A DNA stretch of 53,342 bases, taken from Candidatus Parcubacteria bacterium (GTDB taxonomy: Bacteria; Patescibacteriota; Minisyncoccia; Phycocordibacterales; UBA5272). How positions within the stretch are numbered: the stretch's first letter is position 1; each line of letters begins with the position of its first letter. Both the position numbers and the translations under genes were made by a program. Shown piece after piece: positions 16,200-25,403 of the stretch. Below the pieces are notes generated by a model. It saw nothing but the letters and a program-made list of their open reading frames with translations. It ran no database searches and was not told where the DNA came from. Location: assembly GCA_039796775.1 (NCBI GenBank), contig JBDKJD010000005.1, positions 1 through 53,342 on the forward strand, read 5' to 3'.

Positions 16200-18239
16200 A
16201 TGTCAAGAAAGTCCGAAGGAGAATTCAAATTACAAGGGTTCACCCCCGCAGGCGATCAGCCCAAAGCTATCGCTTCTTTGGTCGACGGTCTCAAAAAAGG
16301 CATGCTACGTCAGACACTTCTTGGTGCCACTGGAACAGGAAAGACATTTACTATTGCGAATGTCATCGCCCAAGTTCAGAAGCCAACGCTTGTCATAGCT
16401 CACAATAAGACACTCGCAGCTCAGCTCGCGCAGGAGTTTCGAACCTTTTTCCCTGATGCTGCGGTGCATTATTTCGTTTCGTACTATGACTATTATCAAC
16501 CAGAGGCGTATATGCCCGTTACTGATACTTATATTGAAAAGGACGCACAGATAAACGAAGAGATAGACAGACTTCGCCATGCTTCAACTCAGGCACTTCT
16601 AACACGAAAAGATACCATCATTGTCGCTTCTGTGTCGTGTATTTATGGTCTTGGTTCTCCAAAAGATTATGAAAGAGAGAATCTCAAGATATCAGTTGGA
16701 AGCGCTATCTCCAAGTTTGATTTGATGCAGAAGTTCGTGGCGATTTATTATGAGCGTACTAATGCTGATCTTTCACCTGGAACATTTCGCGCTATTGGAA
16801 ACCGTATTGACATCATGCCGATATCTGAAACTGTGATGCTTCAGATAGAGATAGCAGGAGGAAAGATTTCTCATCTTCAAGTGGTTGACCCAGTTTCAAT
16901 GAAAGTAATAAAAGTGGTGGAGGATTATTTTATTTTCCCAGCCAAGCACTTTATTTCTGATATCCCTACACGAGAGAGAGCTATTACAACAATAGAAGAA
17001 GAGCTTAAGCTCAGACTTGAAGAGCTCGATAATGATAAGAAAATTCTAGAAGCAGAGAGATTAAAACGTCGTACACGTTACGACGTAGCCATGATACGTG
17101 AGGTGGGATTCTGTCAGGGTATTGAGAACTATTCTCGCCATCTCTCTGGTAAGCTGCCAGGGGAAGCGCCTGATACGCTTCTTGAATATTTCCCTCATGA
17201 TAAGAATGGTAAACCAGAATTTTTGACCGTAATAGACGAGTCCCATGTGACCCTCCCTCAGCTTCATGGAATGTACGCAGGTGATCAGTCGCGCAAGGGG
17301 ACTCTTGTTGAGTACGGGTTCCGTCTTCCTTCTGCGAAGGATAATAGACCCCTTCGATACGAAGAATTTGAGAAGCGTATAAGCGAAGTTATTTATGTAT
17401 CTGCGACCCCGGGAGCGTATGAGCGCACAGAGTCGGCTCAGATTGTAGAACAAATCATACGCCCAACCGGTCTCCTTGACCCGCAACTTGAAGTCAAAAA
17501 GGTTAATGAATCAGGTGCGTATAAAGGACAGGTAAAAGATTTCATTGACGAAGCGGTCAAGGACGTGAAGAGTGGTGGACGTATACTCGTGACTACGCTT
17601 ACCAAAAAGATGGCAGAAAGCCTCGCCGAATATCTTCGTGGTGAAGGTGTTAAGGCTGAGTATCTTCACTCTGATATTAAGACCATGGAGCGTATTCAGA
17701 TTCTTACACGATTTAGAAAAGGAGAGTTCGACTGTCTTGTCGGCGTGAACCTTCTTCGTGAAGGATTGGACTTACCTGAAGTGACTCTTATTGGAATACT
17801 AGACGCAGATAAAGAAGGATTCCTTCGTTCAGAAACGTCCCTCATTCAGACTATTGGTCGTGCTGCACGCAACTCTCGTGGCCGTGTGATTCTGTACGCT
17901 GATGTGATGACGGGGTCGCTTGAGCGGGCTATTAACGAGACTAATCGTAGGCGTGCAATACAAGAAGCCTTTAACAAAGAGCATGGCATAACTCCAAAAA
18001 CTATTGCAAAGAATATTAAAGACATCACTGAAGAGTTACAAAGTGAACACGCAAAAGCTGTGAATGCAGAGCTCTCGATTGATGAGAAGTTATTTAAGAA
18101 AAATCCCGACAAGCTTATCAAGCTAAAAGAAAAGCAAATGAAAGAAGCAGTGAAGGCGCTTGATTTTGAAACAGCAGCAATATTGCGCGATGAGATAAAG
18201 GTGTTAAAGGAAAGACACACACGAGAAGATAAGGAGTAG
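16200..18239 (+). CDS. uvrB: Excinuclease ABC subunit B
   Basis: Motifs GDQPKAI, GATGTGKT, DESH and GRAARN, with a C-terminal UVR motif (ETAAILRDEI). The start is trimmed to MSRKSEGEF. Confidence 0.92.
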   Translation: MSRKSEGEFKLQGFTPAGDQPKAIASLVDGLKKGMLRQTLLGATGTGKTFTIANVIAQVQKPTLVIAHNKTLAAQLAQEFRTFFPDAAVHYFVSYYDYYQPEAYMPVTDTYIEKDAQINEEIDRLRHASTQALLTRKDTIIVASVSCIYGLGSPKDYERENLKISVGSAISKFDLMQKFVAIYYERTNADLSPGTFRAIGNRIDIMPISETVMLQIEIAGGKISHLQVVDPVSMKVIKVVEDYFIFPAKHFISDIPTRERAITTIEEELKLRLEELDNDKKILEAERLKRRTRYDVAMIREVGFCQGIENYSRHLSGKLPGEAPDTLLEYFPHDKNGKPEFLTVIDESHVTLPQLHGMYAGDQSRKGTLVEYGFRLPSAKDNRPLRYEEFEKRISEVIYVSATPGAYERTESAQIVEQIIRPTGLLDPQLEVKKVNESGAYKGQVKDFIDEAVKDVKSGGRILVTTLTKKMAESLAEYLRGEGVKAEYLHSDIKTMERIQILTRFRKGEFDCLVGVNLLREGLDLPEVTLIGILDADKEGFLRSETSLIQTIGRAARNSRGRVILYADVMTGSLERAINETNRRRAIQEAFNKEHGITPKTIAKNIKDITEELQSEHAKAVNAELSIDEKLFKKNPDKLIKLKEKQMKEAVKALDFETAAILRDEIKVLKERHTREDKE

Positions 18240-18291
18240 AGGGTAGAATTAGGGAGCAGAATGTAGAGCGTAGAGTATAGAGTATAGAAAA
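18237..18291 (+). repeat. TAGARNN-type heptamer tract beginning at the uvrB stop codon
   Basis: The tract reads tagaggg tagaatt ... tagagcg tagagta tagagta tagaaaa. Confidence 0.7.
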
Positions 18292-18416
18292 TACAAAATG
18301 CGAAATAGAAAGAACGTATGATATTTATATAAAATAAAATATTTATCAGTCAATATTGCCACTAGATATATTTCATGATTTTGCATGATTTTTTAGGAAG
18401 CGTATACTAAAAGGGT

Positions 18417-18956
18417 ATGAAAAAATATGTACCGTATATCGTAGGAATTGTTGTTCTTTTTGCTCTTGTATCTCTTGGGCAAAGTGTGATGAAAAACCGT
18501 AAGGTTGCAAATGATGAAAAAGTAACAGTCACAGAAAAAGTGGCTACAAAATTAGTAGAGGGGACAGTGACACGTTTCTTTGAAGGGGAGCAAGTTCTTG
18601 GATACGCTTTTGATATTCCAGAAATTGCGTCTACTCTTATCGAACGAGATGGGGCTAATGTGAAAGTAATTGGTGAAGCAAACGCTTTCATTAATGCTAT
18701 GTATTTTAGTTACGAAGGTGGACGTGGATATACACCGGCTGACTATATTACAGAAGTTATTGCACCAAATGTAAAAGTAGTATCTGTTACAGGAACAACT
18801 ACCATTGGTTCACAAGAGTGGACTGTAGCTGAAGGGTCGACAAGCGTATGGCATGTTGCTTCGGTTAAAGATGGGGCATGGCTCATCGTTGCAGAATCCA
18901 AAAAAGGAGACAATGAAACTGCGATGAATATCCTTGATTCTCTTACTGTAAAGTAA
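18417..18956 (+). CDS. Hypothetical secreted or membrane-anchored protein
   Basis: It has an N-terminal TM or signal helix (YIVGIVVLFALVSLG) and no motif. Confidence 0.55.
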   Translation: MKKYVPYIVGIVVLFALVSLGQSVMKNRKVANDEKVTVTEKVATKLVEGTVTRFFEGEQVLGYAFDIPEIASTLIERDGANVKVIGEANAFINAMYFSYEGGRGYTPADYITEVIAPNVKVVSVTGTTTIGSQEWTVAEGSTSVWHVASVKDGAWLIVAESKKGDNETAMNILDSLTVK

Positions 18957-18972
18957 TAGAGTGACAAACAAT

Positions 18973-19003
18973 AATCGCGCACATGTGCGCGATTTTGTTT
19001 TTT
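18973..19003. terminator. Bidirectional terminator (22-bp palindrome plus T-run)
   Basis: aatcgcgcacatgtgcgcgatt is followed by ttgtttttt. Confidence 0.8.
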
Positions 19004-19011
19004 CAATCGTT

Positions 19012-19167
19012 TTATGCAAACGTTGAACATGGGATACTTTGTTGCGAAGGATACTCGTCAAGGTCAGTTGACCATTCATCGACTCCATAAATACCGAGAT
19101 ATATGAGAGCATGGAACAAGATTTTTTCTAAAGCCCTTGAACCACTGCCGCGCATCTTAATTCGCAT
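19012..19167 (-). CDS. Possible 51-aa protein
   Basis: My own translation is MRIKMRGSGSRALEKILFHALIYLGIYGVDEWSTDLDEYPSQQSIPCSTFA*. TAAGGAG lies 6 nt before the ATG. The ORF ends just before the bidirectional terminator. Confidence 0.3.
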   Translation of the reverse strand: MRIKMRGSGSRALEKILFHALIYLGIYGVDEWSTDLDEYPSQQSIPCSTFA

Positions 19168-19270
19168 GATATTCTCCTTATAGAAGGTAACAGGAAGACA
19201 GAACTACTTTCTTTCATTCTACATCTTTTTGTATATGCTTCAAGTGGAAAATTGTGATAGAGTAAAGATA

Positions 19271-20302
19271 ATGAAAAAGAGGGTATTTGTAGGCATGTCA
19301 GGCGGAGTGGACTCCTCAGTGTCAGCGCTTTTGCTTAAGCGAGCGGGGTATGATGTCACTGGAGTGTTTATTAAAGTATGGCAACCAGACTTCATAGAGT
19401 GTACCTGGAAAGAAGACAGATTAGATGCGATGCGAGTCGCTGCGCATTTGGATATTCCTTTTGTTACACTGGATCTCGAAAAGGAATACAAAGAAGGAGT
19501 AATTGACTATATGATTAGTGAGTATAAAAGTGGCAGAACTCCTAATCCAGATGTGATGTGTAACCGCGAAGTGAAGTTCGGTGCTTTTTATACATGGGCC
19601 AAGTCACAAGGGGCAGACTATGTAGCTACGGGGCACTATGCAGAGCATAATGGAGAGACTCTTGTTAAGAGTAAAGATGAGAACAAAGACCAGACATACT
19701 TCCTTTGGGCTGTATCAAAAGAAGTTATTCCACAGATACTTTTTCCTGTTGGGGGGATTGAAAAGACCGAGGTGCGTACGATAGCAGCAGAGGTCAATCT
19801 TCCTGTTGCGTACAAGAAAGATAGTCAAGGATTATGTTTCGTCGGGACTATTGATATTAAGACTTTGCTTAAGGGGTATATAGAAGAGAAGAGGGGTGAT
19901 GTGATGAATGAAGAGGGGGAAGTAATTGGGTATCACGAAGGGGTTACGTTTTATACCATCGGTGAACGGCACGGTTTTGTGATTACAAAAAAGGGAGACG
20001 ACGAGAAACCATATTTTGTAATAGCAAAAGATTTTGATAAGAACACACTCACCGTATCTCATACCAAAAAAGAAGAAGCATATGGAAGTAGTATTAGTCT
20101 CACATCGTGTAATTGGACTAGTGATATTGTGGAGGGGAAGGTGTACGATGCACGTGCTCGCTATAGAGCACCTCTAGCTAAAGTTAAGGCCTTGTCGTCC
20201 TCTACATTTGAAGTTGTTGAAGGAGATATAGTTGCAGTGAGCGGACAGTCTCTTGTTGTGTATGATGGTGAGAAGTGCATAGGAGGGGGGGTAATTGTTT
20301 AG
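19271..20302 (+). CDS. mnmA: tRNA 2-thiouridine(34) synthase
   Basis: PP-loop motif GMSGGVDSS, with KDQTYFL. The start is trimmed to MKKRVFVG. Confidence 0.9.
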   Translation: MKKRVFVGMSGGVDSSVSALLLKRAGYDVTGVFIKVWQPDFIECTWKEDRLDAMRVAAHLDIPFVTLDLEKEYKEGVIDYMISEYKSGRTPNPDVMCNREVKFGAFYTWAKSQGADYVATGHYAEHNGETLVKSKDENKDQTYFLWAVSKEVIPQILFPVGGIEKTEVRTIAAEVNLPVAYKKDSQGLCFVGTIDIKTLLKGYIEEKRGDVMNEEGEVIGYHEGVTFYTIGERHGFVITKKGDDEKPYFVIAKDFDKNTLTVSHTKKEEAYGSSISLTSCNWTSDIVEGKVYDARARYRAPLAKVKALSSSTFEVVEGDIVAVSGQSLVVYDGEKCIGGGVIV

Positions 20303-20329
20303 AACATAGAACATAGAGCGTGTAGAATC
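20300..20329 (+). repeat. TAGAACA-type heptamer tract beginning at the mnmA stop
   Basis: The tract reads tagaaca tagaaca tagagcg tg tagaatc. Confidence 0.7.
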
Positions 20330-20340
20330 AGGGAAATAAA

Positions 20341-20366
20341 AAGCGGTCGCCTGAAGGCGACCGCTT
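20341..20366 (-). terminator. Rho-independent terminator for the minus-strand metal operon
   Basis: aagcggtcgcc tgaa ggcgaccgctt forms 11 bp. The T-run is on the minus strand. Confidence 0.8.
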
Positions 20367-20411
20367 GGTCTTGAGAGCCTGAGTCTCTACTAGTATGATA
20401 GATGCTATGAA

Positions 20412-21005
20412 CTAGCAACAACCACAAGAGTATTTTTCTACAGGCTCTTTATCGAACGCATAGTGTTTCCACTTACCAGCTCTGTCATTCTCGTGACGAC
20501 TCCATTTGGTCTGAAAGGAAAGGTCAAAGCAGATGGCGATGAATCTTTTATCTTTCGCTAAGTCCTCCATACTTGTCTCAGGGCTAACAAAAGCAAGATT
20601 GGTTATGTCGCCGCCGTTGTGCTTTTCCCTTAGATATCTATTGATAGCGTCGAATCGTCTATGGCAGATACCATCTACTTCGCAGTGAGCGATAAGATCA
20701 GCTACCGTTTTAAGAGGCTTGTCTTCGTGCTGATACGCTTCGTACTTGTAGATGAGCCAGATAAGTGGGTTTTGGAACTTCATACCATTCCCAATTTCAT
20801 CTAACCTTTTCTTTGCCTCTGCTAAAGGATCGAGGTTTTGCATCACCCCCGGCTTACCTAAAAGGTTGAACTTTGGTTTTTCAGACAAGATAAGACCGGA
20901 GGCTATTTGAGCATCAAGCTCCTTATAGTTCTTATAAGCAAGAAGAAGTGCATCTACCTCTCTCCTTGTGTATTCAAACAAGCTTTCGTTGCTAGTTGTA
21001 TTCAT
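20412..21005 (-). CDS. Hypothetical protein with HCxxxxxCH and C-terminal SCGCC
   Basis: The start is taken at MNTTSNE, preceded by AAAGGAG. It is the last gene of the ZIP / NAS-like operon. No known family is recognised. Confidence 0.6.
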   Translation of the reverse strand: MNTTSNESLFEYTRREVDALLLAYKNYKELDAQIASGLILSEKPKFNLLGKPGVMQNLDPLAEAKKRLDEIGNGMKFQNPLIWLIYKYEAYQHEDKPLKTVADLIAHCEVDGICHRRFDAINRYLREKHNGGDITNLAFVSPETSMEDLAKDKRFIAICFDLSFQTKWSRHENDRAGKWKHYAFDKEPVEKYSCGCC

Positions 21006-21054
21006 GGTTTCTCCTTTGATTTCTTGAGACATATTTTATTATCTTACAAAAAAC

Positions 21055-21819
21055 TTACGTCTTTTGTAAGATAATAAAAGAGTTGATAATAGAGCTAGTG
21101 GGGTTAATATGAAATACTGGAGAAAGTGCCGTTATTGTTTTATTTGGGACAGGAGGATAGAGAAGAGTTTTTGCACCCTGTGCAGATCTACACATAAGAA
21201 GTGCCCCTGGGTTTAACTTTTGATGAACAGAAAGAATAATTTCATGCTTAGAGGATTCTGTCATTCCAACTAATGCAGCTATATATACCAAATCAAAGGA
21301 GTCGTACGCTGTAAAAGTTCGAGCGTCCTCATATACTATTGAAATCATTGATTTTAATCCAAGACTTGCGATTACTTTGCACGCGAGAGAATAGCTTCTC
21401 TTGTTATTCTCAATCACTGTACAGGTTAGCCCATATTGTTGTGCGAGGAGAATCGCAGTAAGGGGAAGAGGTCCTCCACCTAAAAACAAAACCCTTTTCT
21501 TGTCTTTTAAAAGCTTAGAAAAGTAAGAGTGCTCTAGATTAACTAATTCAACATAATTCTGATAATACCAAAATGTAAGCATTGTTTTATTTGGCTCTCG
21601 GGAAGAGATTATTTGTTTTGCCCAGTATGCCTCCATCTCACTTTCTGCTTTGGAAGAGAGAGTTCTTAACTTTCTGATTGCGGCCTTCTTTAGGGTTATA
21701 TCGCTTGGTTCAGCTTGTAGACAAAAACACACAAGTTGAGAAAAAGCCTCATTGGTTTGGGGAGAGGGTCGGAGACTTGGCAAGGATAGTATTGTATTAA
21801 ACAAAACAGAATCAGTCAT
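21055..21819 (-). CDS. Nicotianamine synthase-like (NAS/CntL family) SAM-dependent aminobutyryl transferase
   Basis: It is collinear with NAS hallmarks. These are LPSLRPSPQTNEAFSQLV, FWYYQNYVELVNLE, LFLGGGPLPLTAILLA, DLVYIAALVGM, LMCRSAQGAKTLLYPPV and FHINPTSSIINSFIILQK. Confidence 0.85.
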   Translation of the reverse strand: MTDSVLFNTILSLPSLRPSPQTNEAFSQLVCFCLQAEPSDITLKKAAIRKLRTLSSKAESEMEAYWAKQIISSREPNKTMLTFWYYQNYVELVNLEHSYFSKLLKDKKRVLFLGGGPLPLTAILLAQQYGLTCTVIENNKRSYSLACKVIASLGLKSMISIVYEDARTFTAYDSFDLVYIAALVGMTESSKHEIILSVHQKLNPGALLMCRSAQGAKTLLYPPVPNKTITALSPVFHINPTSSIINSFIILQKT

Positions 21820-21903
21820 ATAAGCACTATACCACAGTTTTTAACTTTATGCAAATAGTTCGCGTATGTAAATTAGCGAGAGAGTGTAAGAAATCAGAGA
21901 ATG

Positions 21904-22593
21904 CTATGAGTTATCATGAGAGTGATTATGGTCACTATGACTGTGTGAATGCTTTTTGTGATATTTGATTTCTAAATACAGTATCCAGATAATAATAGTA
22001 GCGAGTGAGGAGAGGCTGGCGATTTCGAGGAAGTGGAATTGTTCCGGGTCTATTTCTTTGCCGAGGATAAAAATAAAAAGCGCAGACACAGGAGCTCCTC
22101 CTTGGGCGAGCATGCCGTAGAATATTGTTTTCTTAATTGAAAGATTGAGCCCCCTTAGTAGGGCGAGCGTGCCAAGTATCTTCGGGAATTCGTGCACTAC
22201 TATACCAAGAGTTGCAGCTCCACCTAATACTGGATTGACGAGATATGTTGCACCAATAACAGCTCCGTCAATGAGGGAGTGGAGTGCCTCGCTCAACACT
22301 ATACCCTTTACCCCGCCTTCTTCCCTGTTATGTCTATGGTGTTTATTAAATGATGCGAGAATAAAAAAGGTGATTGCTCCAACGATGAGAGAGACAAGTA
22401 ATTCTCTTAACCCTAATTCATCCCTATGATGCAGGACATCGCTTAGTACTGCGTAACTAAGGAGAAGTATGCCGAATCCAAGGAGAAGAACCTTTGCTTT
22501 CCCTGACACCAACTCTCTTCTCAAAAGAATAGCGAGTAGTGCCAAAAGGGGAAGAATAAAGGCGCTCAAGGTAGCTAGTAATAGAGTAGACAT
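21904..22593 (-). CDS. ZIP-family divalent metal (zinc) transporter with His-rich tail
   Basis: It is polytopic, with HEFPK-type and HSLIDG motifs. The C-terminus is HKKHSHSHSDHNHSHDNS. Confidence 0.8.
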   Translation of the reverse strand: MSTLLLATLSAFILPLLALLAILLRRELVSGKAKVLLLGFGILLLSYAVLSDVLHHRDELGLRELLVSLIVGAITFFILASFNKHHRHNREEGGVKGIVLSEALHSLIDGAVIGATYLVNPVLGGAATLGIVVHEFPKILGTLALLRGLNLSIKKTIFYGMLAQGGAPVSALFIFILGKEIDPEQFHFLEIASLSSLATIIIWILYLEIKYHKKHSHSHSDHNHSHDNS

Positions 22594-22676
22594 AGCACAT
22601 AGTATATCGCATAGAGTATATTTTGCAAAAGATTCGCATTAGCAAAAATACTGACACTATGATAGTATGATTACAT

Positions 22677-23105
22677 ATGCCAGTCTATCCAAAAGAAGAA
22701 CTCAAAACTATGGTTCAAGAAGCAGGACTTCGTGTCACAGATCATCGAATCTTTGTCTTAGATGTTGTAGCGCGTCAGAAGCAGCCGATTACTGTGTATG
22801 AGCTTGTTGATGTTCTCCGCAAAAAAGAGAATATTGATCAGGCGACCGTTTATCGTAACCTAAGCTCACTCCATGAAGCCGGACTTCTCCGTCGCCTTGA
22901 TTTTAATCATGGACATGCTCACTACGAACTTGAGACTGGACGAGCGTCACATCAGATAGTGTGCGGTAAATGTGAGACGATTGAGAAGATAGAAGGAATA
23001 TCCGTTGAAGATGCTGTCAAAAAAATGCTTAAGAAAAGCAAAAAGTTCAAGCATACAAGCACTCACTCAATAGAAATATACGGCCTATGCAAAAACTGCG
23101 CATAG
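22677..23105 (+). CDS. Fur-family metalloregulator (Zur-like by context)
   Basis: A winged-helix N-terminus (TDHRIFVLD, ATVYRNL) with CGKC...CKNC structural zinc cysteines. Confidence 0.85.
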   Translation: MPVYPKEELKTMVQEAGLRVTDHRIFVLDVVARQKQPITVYELVDVLRKKENIDQATVYRNLSSLHEAGLLRRLDFNHGHAHYELETGRASHQIVCGKCETIEKIEGISVEDAVKKMLKKSKKFKHTSTHSIEIYGLCKNCA

Positions 23106-24244
23106 GGATTCTCTTCCTGGTTGTTTCGGTGTTCATCACAAGTCCTATCACGATATCTTTTGCTCTGCCACAGGCTTTTCATGCTAATGGTGCATTTGTT
23201 GAAGATAAAGAGATACTAACGAGGGCGAAAGTGCTCTCTCTTGTTGATTCAAAAAAAGAGTTGATACCTAACACCAATACATATGTCACCTCTTCTCAGT
23301 TCAAAATAGAAATCACAGAAGGTGAACTTCTCGGAAGACAAGAGATTGTGGCTGATTCTGCTTTTCGCATAGAAGAAGGTGATACTGTGTATATTAGATA
23401 TACCAAGACTCAGGATGGAAGTGAGTATTTTAGTATTTTTGAAGTTGATAGATCAAAAGGATTATTGATTCTCTTTGGTATCTTCGTCGTCACTGTATTA
23501 CTCATAGGCAAAAAACAAGGCCTTCTCTCACTCATTGCTTTGTTTATATCGTTTGGTTTTATTTTTAAATTATTATTCCCTCAAATGATTTATGGAGGCA
23601 ATATTGTTCTTATTGCAACCACAGGCGCACTTCTATCTCTTTTTGTGGTGATGTTTGTTACGCATGGATTCTCTCGATTGACAGTATCTGCGTATCTTGG
23701 GTGTGCGTTATCAGTGCTTGCGACATTATTGCTCGCGCTTTATGCGACCACTCTTACATCGCTTACTGGATTCGCTACGGAAGAGTCAGTATTTCTTAAT
23801 CTCACAACCAAGGGCGAGCTTGATTTTGTCGCGCTCTTGATTGGTGGAATTATTATAGGAGTGATAGGAGTGATAGATGATATCAGTATTACTCAAGCAA
23901 GTGTTGTTGGAGAATTAAAAAACGCAGGATCTCATCTTTCTCGCAAAGAATTATATATACGCGCCATGAAAGTGGGAAAGGATCATATGGGGGCTGTGAT
24001 TAATACACTCATCTTGGCATATACTGGTGCATCTCTCCCGCTTCTCCTTTATCTCTATCTTAGTTCTAACCCCCTCCACATGCTTGTTAACGGAGAAATA
24101 GTCACCACAGAGATAGTGAGGACTCTTGTCGGATCAACAGGGCTTCTTTTGGCGGTACCGCTCACCACGCTCATCGCTGTGTTCTTAATGAAAGAAGGAG
24201 ACACTTCATCTGGTTCTCATGCACACCATCATCATTCTCATTAG
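23087..24244 (+). CDS. YibE/F-family membrane protein with His-rich C-terminus
   Basis: Motifs GVIDDISITQASVVGEL and GAVINTLILAYTGASL, with a tail of SGSHAHHHHSH. It overlaps the regulator gene by 19 nt. Confidence 0.7.
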   Translation: MQKLRIGILFLVVSVFITSPITISFALPQAFHANGAFVEDKEILTRAKVLSLVDSKKELIPNTNTYVTSSQFKIEITEGELLGRQEIVADSAFRIEEGDTVYIRYTKTQDGSEYFSIFEVDRSKGLLILFGIFVVTVLLIGKKQGLLSLIALFISFGFIFKLLFPQMIYGGNIVLIATTGALLSLFVVMFVTHGFSRLTVSAYLGCALSVLATLLLALYATTLTSLTGFATEESVFLNLTTKGELDFVALLIGGIIIGVIGVIDDISITQASVVGELKNAGSHLSRKELYIRAMKVGKDHMGAVINTLILAYTGASLPLLLYLYLSSNPLHMLVNGEIVTTEIVRTLVGSTGLLLAVPLTTLIAVFLMKEGDTSSGSHAHHHHSH

Positions 24245-24344
24245 GTTTAGTTAGAAGACTATGAAATATCGTCCATATAATTGAATTCTTCCTCGTTTTT
24301 AGTGTTGTATAAACATCATACATACAGGTATACTTAACTACACT

Positions 24345-24797
24345 ATGCTATCCGAAACATCAAAAGCACCTGAATTCTCTCTCAAAGATCAAGACGATAA
24401 GTCTCATTCTCTTAGTGATTATAGAGGCAAAAAGGTGCTCCTTTATTTTTATCCAAAAGATGATACACCCGGATGCACTACAGAGGCGTGTAATTTTAGA
24501 GATAATTATGAAGAGCTACAAAAGGCGGGGCTTGTGATCCTTGGGGTGAGTAAAGATACTGTGAAGAGTCACAAGAAGTTTGCAGATAAGTATGAACTTC
24601 CTTTCCCATTATTGGCAGACGAAGATACCTCTGTGTGTCAGGCATATGGAGTGTGGAAATTAAAGAAGTTCATGGGGCGAGAGTATATGGGAATTGATCG
24701 AATGAGTTTCTTGATTGACGAAGAGGGGAAGATAGAAAAGATATTTAATGACGTTAAACCAAAAGAGCATATCGGAGAAGTGAAGGCGGAGCTGTAA
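24345..24797 (+). CDS. bcp: Thioredoxin-dependent peroxiredoxin Bcp
   Basis: The YFYPKDDTPGCTTEA motif is present. Confidence 0.9.
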   Translation: MLSETSKAPEFSLKDQDDKSHSLSDYRGKKVLLYFYPKDDTPGCTTEACNFRDNYEELQKAGLVILGVSKDTVKSHKKFADKYELPFPLLADEDTSVCQAYGVWKLKKFMGREYMGIDRMSFLIDEEGKIEKIFNDVKPKEHIGEVKAEL

Positions 24798-24838
24798 ACA
24801 TCAGATTCTTTAGCCGCAGTATCTATACGTTTTATGTG

Positions 24839-24867
24839 TTGACAGTATCTATGGCTCTTGTTACTAT
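24839..24867 (+). promoter_or_regulatory. Sigma70-like promoter TTGACA-17nt-TACTAT
   Basis: TTGACA is at 24839-24844 and TACTAT at 24862-24867. A direct repeat CAGTATCTAT lies at 24817-24826 and 24843-24852. Confidence 0.5.
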
Positions 24868-24901
24868 AGTCATTTCGTTGTTCTTATAAAGAGGAAATAG
24901 A

Positions 24902-25276
24902 TTGAAATCTAACATAAGCATCGCTTCGATCGGGAGTGACCTTAGAAAAGCTCATAACACATCACAAAGATTTGCACACCTTATGTACGTTGTCACCCCA
25001 AGAGATCACGGTCTCCTTGGTCAACATCCAACAACCTCACATTTTATGAGTCAGAATGAGTTACTAATCGTTCCTCCTCAGAAGTTGCGTGTAGTAAAAA
25101 TTTCTGGGTATGTACGGGGGGATTCTGCTCGTTATGAGTATTTTGTTTCATCGACAGGTCACGGGCAAGAGAAAAACGAAATGTACCTACCTTTAATCAG
25201 TCGACTATATCATTCAGAAGAAGAGGCTATGGCAGGAATCGATAGACATATTGTTGTTGTTGCAAAAAAACGTTGA
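24902..25276 (+). CDS. Hypothetical protein (TTG start)
   Basis: AGAGGA lies 7 nt upstream of the TTG. The protein is 124 aa with no motif. Confidence 0.45.
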   Translation: MKSNISIASIGSDLRKAHNTSQRFAHLMYVVTPRDHGLLGQHPTTSHFMSQNELLIVPPQKLRVVKISGYVRGDSARYEYFVSSTGHGQEKNEMYLPLISRLYHSEEEAMAGIDRHIVVVAKKR

Positions 25277-25348
25277 ACAAACAAATTCAGACATCTTTCG
25301 TCTTTTATGGCGGAGGGTGCTTTTTATGATTTAGATGTAAGATATATA

Positions 25349-25378
25349 AAAAGTGCCGCTTCAAGGAGCGGCACTTTT
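25349..25378. terminator. Bidirectional terminator
   Basis: aaaagtgccgct tcaagg agcggcactttt. Confidence 0.8.
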
Positions 25379-25403
25379 GATCACAGATCAATATGTGTTT
25401 AGG

